A program made the position numbers and the translations under genes. Below are positions 57,205-64,000 of a stretch of DNA of 64,000 nt, in pieces. The first letter of the stretch is position 1. Every line of letters begins with the position of its first letter. The DNA comes from Vicugna vicugna (Eukaryota), in NCBI GenBank assembly GCA_013265495.1, contig MU062841.1, forward strand, positions 16,760,337-16,824,336, read 5' to 3'. The notes under the pieces are model-generated. The model made no database searches and had not been told where the DNA came from. It worked only from the letters and a program-made list of their open reading frames with translations.

Positions 57205-57285
57205 CTTGACTGACTGCCTGCCCTGAGACAAATGATTCCACTTCTCTGGGCCTCAGTGTCCTCATCTGTAAAACAGTATAGCAAC
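57205..57285 (+). mobile_element. MIR fragment
   Basis: ttctctgggcctcagtgtcctcatctgtaaaac. Confidence 0.65.
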
Positions 57286-57519
57286 TTTGACCTCATCCAT
57301 GGCCGTGACTCAACCGACACGTGTAAACTGTGCCTGTACCATACATGCAGTTAGGAACTCCTGCTTAATCCTCTTTGCAGGCTGCGAACCCAAGCTTGCC
57401 CTCCGGGAGCCCAAGGCCTGGTTTCTGGGGTCTTCTGCTGAGGAGGAGGGGGCCCTGGGCCCGGGGGAGGTGTGGAGGGCTTCCTGGCAGAGGTGGGCTG
57501 GGCATGGACTGCAAAGATT

Positions 57520-57645
57520 ACATTCCTTCATTCACTCACTCAGCACACACTTACTGAGCACCTACTCTGTGCCAGGCACTTGGAATATAGCTGTGAACAA
57601 AGGAGCCCAGAGACACTGCCCTTGGGAGCTTGCGCTGGTGGATTA
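57520..57645 (-). mobile_element. L2 3' end
   Basis: cattccttcattcactcactcagcacacacttactgagcacctactctgtgccaggcact. Confidence 0.8.
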
Positions 57646-58424
57646 AAGGCGGGCTCCGCTCCCCGCCCCCACCGGCCTCAGGGACTTGTCCAATAGAACA
57701 AGGCAGAAGTGATGTTCTGAGACCAGGTCAAAAGAAGTCAGCTTCCATTTGACCTCTTTAGAACACCCACTCTGGGAGCCCCAGGCCCCCCGTCCTGCCC
57801 AGCATGACCCCCGCCCTCTCGCCAAGGTGTGTGTGTGGTGTGGGCGGCCAGCTCGGACGTCCCATCCCAGCCACCCACTGAAGACCCCGGAGCATGTGAG
57901 ACCAAAGAGCCCCCAGCAAGCCTCGCCTGAGTGCCTCACGCACAGGATGGTGAGATATGAGCAACAGAAGGTTAGTTTTAAGCTATAAAACTTCTGGAAA
58001 GAGTATCTTACAGATGACAAGCACATTATATGGGGGAAGCTGGACTGTCAGACACCAAACAACGAGCCTCTTCGACGGTGACGAGCGCTGCCCTGGACAG
58101 CAAGGGAAGGCCAGGAAGGGGGAGTGTGGCTGAGCCTGTGAGCGTGTGTGCACGCGTGATGTTAGTGCACCCAGGGAAGCACGCACCTGGGGGGTGACAG
58201 CTGGGCAAAGACCCAGGTTGCTGAGAAAATGCACTGAGCTTGGAAGGGAGTCCCAGGAGAGGAAAGAGCTGGTGCAAAGGTTCTGCCTCAGGGGTGCACC
58301 TGACTTGACCCTGGAGCCGGCGGGGCAGGCGTGGGGCGGCCGCAGCCTACTCGCCCACACAGCACCTCCCTCCCCAGCAGCCGGCTTGCACGATGGTCCC
58401 ATCGCCTGCCTGCAGGTCTCGCCC

Positions 58425-58510
58425 GCTATGAGCAGTGACCATCCCCTACCAGCAGCGTTCCCATTCCACAGACTGGGAAACTGAGGTCCAGAGAACGCTG
58501 AGCCCAGAGG
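58425..58510 (-). mobile_element. MIR fragment
   Basis: cccattccacagactgggaaactgaggtccagaga. Confidence 0.55.
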
Positions 58511-59344
58511 CCCGCAGCTTCATTGGGAGAGCTGAGAGGTCTCTCTGTAACTGCAGCCTCCTCTCTTCTCCCTTCCTTCCAGAATGCCTCACCCGCACCC
58601 TGCCCCCTGGCTCCAACATTCTCCCCTGGGGCCTGCCCTGCCTGCTGAAAAGCTGCCCCAGGTGGACCCTCCAAGGGAGTCCCCAAGGCTCAACCTGAGG
58701 ACCCCCACCCCTGTTCCTGTGCTGAAAATGTAAGGCCATCTGGTCCACTCAGGAGGTCGACAGTCGGGGGTGGCTCTGAGGCGTGAGAAGTCAGAGGAAG
58801 GCACATACACAGACTGAGCATCTCCCAGGACGGGGGCCGCCCCCTGGGCGGTGAGACCCACCGTTGCTGGCGCTGAGTGGGCACTGACTGTGCGCCAGGC
58901 CATGGTGGCTCCGTCATCTCAGGAACCATCACCCCTCTGAGGTCAGCGCCGTGATGTCCCAGCTCACAGATGGGGAAACTCTCGGCCCAGGGTCTTCCCA
59001 TGAGGAGGCTGCGGTGGGCTTCCGCTGCCACCGTAGGCCCCAGATGAAAAGACAGGAGACCTTCCAGAACTCTCCAAGTCATGCCACGAAAAGGACCTCC
59101 TCCTCCTCCGCAGCCAGGCCTAGGCGAGCCCACAGGGAGCCCAGCATGAAAACAAAGCAGGGTAAACGCTGGCAGGGTTGTGGGGTGAGGGTGCGGGAGA
59201 GACTGACTCCATTCCTCCAGACAGCGACAGAGGACAGGGAAGGGGGCGGGCTTGACAAGGTCAGTCCTCTGTGCGCCCGCGCTCACCAAGCCCAGAGCAG
59301 GAGAGAGAGGATGCCTCTGTTGGCTGAGGTCGGTGTTGTTAACA

Positions 59345-59530
59345 ATTTATTAAGGATGATAACTACATAGTCGACATTGATTGAACCCCCCACCCCCGCA
59401 CCAGCCTCTCATCACAGCTTGTTAACTCCTCACAAACAGTAGTGACGGCCACTTTACATTGTGGCTCAGAGAGGTCAAGTACCCTGCCCAGAGTCACACA
59501 GCCCCCGACAGACCAAGCCCAGCTCTTCCC
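59345..59530 (-). mobile_element. MIR
   Basis: ttaactcctcacaaac..ggctcagagaggtcaagtaccctgcccagagtcacacagc. Confidence 0.55.
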
Positions 59531-59689
59531 CATCCCCAGGCCCCACTGTACTCTTCCCCACTGTACTCTGTATGGAAGAACAGTTGCATTTAGCCGTTCA
59601 CAAGCCCTGAGGGGTGTGATCTAAAGTAAAGGCAAATTCGGGGCGTCCGTCTTCAGGACTCCCAGCTACAGGGGGCTCGGGTTTTATTT

Positions 59690-60320
59690 GTGCGCGGCCT
59701 GGTCTGAGCCTCACAGGAGGCCCTTGACGTTAACGTCACCCTTTTTACAGGCGGGCGGGCCGAGGGCCCCAGCTCCCCAGGGTCTCAGCGGCACCTGCGC
59801 AGCCGGGACGGGAGCCGCCGCCGCCGCCGCCCCTTCCCCGGGCGTGTGCCCGCCCGGAGGGCTGCACCCGGGACCGACCGCGCTCCGCCGGAGGGCCAGG
59901 CGGGCCCTGCGGAGAGGCCTCCGCTCAGCTCGGACCTCTCCTAACCCGAGGTCGGGCGGGGCTGGGCTGGGGGCCCCGACTCACTTCACGCCCCGCGGCA
60001 CCGCAAATAAAAATGCCTTACATGCTTTTTTAAAAAAACGACTTAAAAGGAAAAAGAAGGTCACGATGTGGCACTTCAAAGCAGTCCCCAGCGGACCGGA
60101 TCCCTAGTAATTAAGGAGAAGGAAATAATAAAGAGACGCTTTCATCGTCTGTTTGGCAGAGTTAAAAGCCAGCACCTGGAGTGGGGGGGCGGGGCTGGTC
60201 GGCTGGGGGGGGGGTCAGCGCGCGCAGCGCCCCCTCCCGCCTCGGGTCCCCCTTGTCTCCACCCGCTGGTGGGGCCCGTGGACTCGGAGACTGGACGCGA
60301 CGGCCGATGCAGTACGGCAT
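59690..60320. promoter_or_regulatory. Orphan CpG island with an internal AT-rich core
   Basis: Dense CpG, (GCC)6 59814-59831, palindrome TGACGTTAACGTCA 59725-59738, AT-rich block 60005-60170 with TTCAAAG and TAATTA. Confidence 0.6.
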
Positions 60321-60524
60321 TCTGTATGAGGGACTCCTCGAATTCTGGCCTCGAGGGGTCCGAGGGCCCAGTCCCCCGAGGACAGGAGGGACGACTGTAA
60401 GTGATCTCTTCTGAGAATCACATGGGCACACAGGCTGAAGGCGGGCCCTTCTGGCCCTTCAGCCGGCAAGTCTGCTCCCAGGAAGGCAGCCTTCAACCGC
60501 CCAAGTGTGCCGAGGTGTCTCTGC

Positions 60525-60665
60525 AAATACCTTGGTTGCAGTGATGTTTGTAACCACGAAAAATTAGACAATACTTGAATGTTGATTGGGGAACCCAGAA
60601 ATTCATAAGTTAATTCAATGGAGTGGTAATACAGAACTGTGAAGAAGAATGGTGAATCTGCGTGC
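60525..60665 (+). mobile_element. L1ME-like fragment
   Basis: ttgcagtgatgtttgtaaccacgaaaaattagacaatacttgaatgt..attcaatggagtggt. Confidence 0.55.
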
Positions 60666-61354
60666 AAAGGGGCACACGCACGAAGGGCGTGCGACTGTCC
60701 CCGGGGGAGAACCGTCCCAGACCGTGTGACTCGTTACCTGGGAGGAGACTCACAGGCTTGAGGAGTTTTCTGCTTTCTGTGCAGCTGTTTGAAAAAGTTC
60801 ACCTTGCCTTTTACATTTCCAGGCAGAAGAAAAACATGGTTTATAAATAAATGGTGAATTGAAACAGGAAAAAGGGTAGGTTCTGTGCAGCCAGAGGGCA
60901 GGAGGAGCGTGGTGAGGGCTGGGGACGAGGGGCATCTGAATCTAGAGGCAGCAGGGAAGGGGCTGGTGTGGGGCATCTCTGAGGGGCTCAGCGCCCCACC
61001 CTCACCCCCGGGGCTCCCTGGGGGAGGGCACTGGAGGGAAGGGAGGAGAGCTGGCTTCACGGAGTGAGGCAGAAGGCAGGGTGGGGAGGAGGTCCCCGCG
61101 TGAAGGGCGAGCTGGGACCAGAAGGCCTGTCCCACACCTTGGGGTTTTACAGCTCGCACGGTCCAGGCACAGAGACGCGGAACAGAAAAGAAGACGCCTG
61201 GGGCGCGGAGGCTGTCTGGCCTGGGTAGAGGCGCAGGGTGCAGGCGGTGATGGGGAGAGAGTAGCCCGGGCACAGGAGCTCGAGGCCCTGGGGGCCCACC
61301 TGGCCCTTAGATGCAGTGCTCATCGTGATGGGTCTGGGAAGAGCTGTTCTCCAA

Positions 61355-61450
61355 GGGCCAGACCCTCATTTCCAAATCTCTGAGGGTCAGGGCCAGAAAC
61401 CTTCATTTTAACCCGATTCCCCCATGGTGCTCTGCAGTCTGAGAATTAAT
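61355..61450 (+). mobile_element. MER5A-like fragment
   Basis: ccagaccc..aaatctctgagggtcagggccagaaaccttcattttaac..gtctgagaa. Confidence 0.45.
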
Positions 61451-61474
61451 GGTTTACAGGTTATAAAGCCCACC

Positions 61475-61595
61475 CTCTTTGTTTTAAAATGGGGTCACTA
61501 AAGCACAGAGAGGCTGAGCCACTTGCCCAAGGTCACACAGCCAGTGCCTTGCAGAGCCAAGCTAGAAGTCATGTGCTTGGTCTCCTGGAGTGTCC
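61475..61595 (-). mobile_element. MIR
   Basis: gcacagagaggctgagccacttgcccaaggtcacacagccagt. Confidence 0.7.
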
Positions 61596-62354
61596 AGGGC
61601 TCTGTACTTTGTCTTCCTTCCTCCCTGGCCGGGCTGTGGTTGGGACCATCTGAGACCCCCGGCCCCCAGCACGGAGGTGGTGCACAGCCCACCTCCCTGC
61701 TGTTTCTCCAGCTCCACACCCTCCAGGCAAACACGGGAGGGAGCTTTGAGCCCACAGACTTCCGAGCCTGTACCTCAACTACCTCAGCTTGTTTTCCCGT
61801 AAATCAATTTCCCTAAATCAATGTGGAATCTACTTCAGCAGAAACATTAGCTGGCCGGGTCTGTCTTCTCGATTCTGCTAGTGTTTTCTCGGTCAGGTCA
61901 GGGTTTCCTGGCCCTCCACACTTGCACGGCTCCCTTCCCGGGGGCTGATCGAAGATCACTGAAGGGTGAGGTCGGGGGTGGTACATAGTCAAAGGCCAGC
62001 CACCCGACTCTGATCCCTCTGCCGCCTCCCCCTGAGCCCCCCGACCCGGCCAGGCTGCCAGCATGCCAGCCTGCAGCCCCCGAGCGCAGGTGTGGGTGGC
62101 TGTGCTGGGACGGGGGTGCCACAGAATGCCTGGTCCCGTCTGTTTAGACACCACAACCAACAGGCTGCTCCTCGTCTGGCATTGCCCACCGCCGGGGGCG
62201 CCGTGTGGCGGTGGTGGTGGGGGCTTGGGGGACTGTGCCCATCTAAGGGGCAGGGTCTACCACCACCAGTTCCCCTGGGTGCAGAGCTGGTTGGGTGGGT
62301 GGGCCACAGGACCCCTCCTCTCTCTTTCATTATCTTCTCCCCACCCATGACTCG

Positions 62355-62385
62355 ACTCCACCCCACTCCACCCCACTCCACCCCA
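62355..62385. repeat. (ACTCCACCCC)3 tandem repeat
   Basis: Direct reading; G-rich on the minus strand. Confidence 0.85.
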
Positions 62386-63134
62386 CAGCCGGAATCTCCA
62401 TCACGCCTTGGATGGTGACAAAACCAGCTCAGCCAACGTCCCCTCCAAACTTACTGTCTACAGCTTCTGAAGCTCCAAAAGCCAGGACCCTCTCCCCGTC
62501 ACTCTCCGGCAGCTGTGGTCCGGCTGCCCTACAGGAGACAGGTGTATGGGGGGAAAGGAGGAGCCAGAAACACACATGGAACAAGGCTTTGCAAAGTCTG
62601 CCCTTCCCCTGCCTCCAAGATGCTCCTGCCCTGTGCCGGCCTCCTGCAGGAGCACCCACCCCACTCTGCCTGTCCCACTCCCCCTGGGGCCAGACCAAGG
62701 GCCACCACCTCCAGGTGCTCCTGATTGCCCTGAGGACCCCTCTTTAGAGCTCCTGGAGTCCTGGTGCCCTCAGCAGGTGCCACTCTGTGACCTGCTCATC
62801 TCAGCATGTCACGACTGCAGGGTGCCTGCACTGGGGCCTTGTGTGTGCACACTCGGGTCTCACCCGCCCCACGGGGCTTGGGGTGCCCGGCAGAGTGCTG
62901 CCGGTGTGAGCTGGGCTACCGTGGCACCAGGAGATCAGCCTGGGCTGGGGGAATGAATCCCAACTCAGTGGACAATTCTCGGGGAGTAAGTCCCCTTTCT
63001 GGCCAGTCTCCTCGTCTGTAAAATGAGGAAGGGAGACCCTGTGTTCTGCAAGGCTGCCCCAGGGGACGTAATTCATCAGAACAGCACCAGAGCTGCGACA
63101 CATCCGGAACCTCCCCCTCCCCTAGTCTCTGGCT

Positions 63135-63185
63135 CTGCGCTGGGCAATTGAGAATTCAATAAATATTTAGCTGATTGATGTAAGC
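63135..63185 (+). mobile_element. L2/MIR-type 3' end fragment
   Basis: ttcaataaatatttagctgattgatg. Confidence 0.45.
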
Positions 63186-63289
63186 AAAACATGAAAGTCA
63201 CTGAAAGGGACGTTAAGCTTCCAAGAGACACTGGAACCGTCCGTGGTCTCTCTCGTGAATTCTCTCAGAGGGCAGAAAGCATAAATAAA

Positions 63290-63560
63290 GTAGGCGGCCG
63301 GGTTTTTTTCTCTTTAAAGTCAAAGGCCCATAAATCATGCATGTGCAAATTCATTTCATAATTAACATCGCTGGGTAGATGTCTGTGAAGGCTGTGCTTC
63401 AGCCGGGTGCGACGCTCTGTTAATTAAAGGCTTATTTTGTGATCGGAATCATTCTGTGGAAGCTACTTCACACGCACACGTTTGGTTTTTTTTCTTTAAT
63501 GACCCACAGGCTCTGCAAAGTGAGTCAGCCGGCGGTGCCAAGCCGCTCCTGGCTTATTAG
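63290..63560. promoter_or_regulatory. Candidate developmental enhancer
   Basis: TCAAAG 63320-63325, CCATAAATCA 63328-63337, TAATTA 63359-63364 and 63421-63426, TGAGTCA 63521-63527. Confidence 0.45.
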
Positions 63561-64000
63561 ACTGCAACCCTGTGTGCACTCCAGGGCCTCCATCTTCAGC
63601 CTGGCCAGTGCTGAGGGTGTCCTCAGAGTCACACGTGCCGCAGAGCAGGTGCTGGGGACAACGGAGGCCCCGAGACAGACAGCGATCTGCCCAGGGCCTC
63701 CCAGGAGACTGGCAGGACCCAGTCCGCGGGCCCCACTTCTAGCCAGCCCCCACTCCCCACGCTTTGCCCACACGCCCCCGGCCGTCTGGGGAGCTCTGGA
63801 CTCGACTGCTGGGCTCTGTCTCGCAGTGAACGGCGCTCGGTCGGCAAGCCTGCTTGCCGCCTTGCCGAGTGCCCCCCGGAAGCAAAAAAATTGGAGAGAG
63901 ACAGCTGGATGGAGTCCTAACTGTTTTAATAATGTTCGGCACCATGGCTGTTGCCGGGAGATTAGCAGGGAAATGTAACGGAGTGTAATTTTTCCTAAGA

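Noticed and set aside
3381-63527. About 13 AP-1 sites (TGASTCA)
   Set aside because: Scattered, several inside repeats, and only modestly above a rough expectation once TG/CA bias is considered.
1-64000. Assignment of a gene symbol or human syntenic locus
   Set aside because: No exon or UTR sequence that I recognise; any name would be a guess.

Overview
GC-rich (about 60% by eye) mammalian non-coding DNA. It is most likely from a camelid: the only young SINE I found (about 24,121) is a tRNA-Ala-derived element of the Vic-1 type, and I saw no Alu, B1/B2, Bov, PRE-1 or SINEC copies. I can support no protein-coding exon, functional RNA gene, CRISPR array or autonomous element; the long ORFs in the track look like products of stop-poor GC-rich sequence and old repeats. 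I could not name the locus. The window contains: (1) a housekeeping-type CpG-island promoter at about 0.45-1.4 kb with a dyad-symmetric pair of CCAAT boxes; (2) a second NRF1/USF-type island at 5.6-6.7 kb carrying a 57-bp perfect purine/pyrimidine alternation; (3) promoter-like or orphan CpG-rich patches at about 16, 30.5 and 60 kb; (4) old eutherian repeats (MIR, L2, L3/CR1, MLT1/MLT2, MER3/5/58, L1 3' ends, an ERV1-type LTR with a local tandem duplication); (5) about a dozen non-repeat AT-rich islands with dense developmental TF motifs; (6) one 132-N assembly gap. The best leads are a cluster of four perfect octamers in 5.4 kb (with a triple-POU microcluster), a 4x TAATCAG module, two RE1/REST-like sites, the tandemly duplicated LTR end, and signs of GC-biased substitution. 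These suggest a long-range regulatory landscape (large intron or gene desert). I found no evidence for a new multi-gene system. Repeat family names come from recalled consensus similarity, not a database search, and all motif calls are sequence-only hypotheses.
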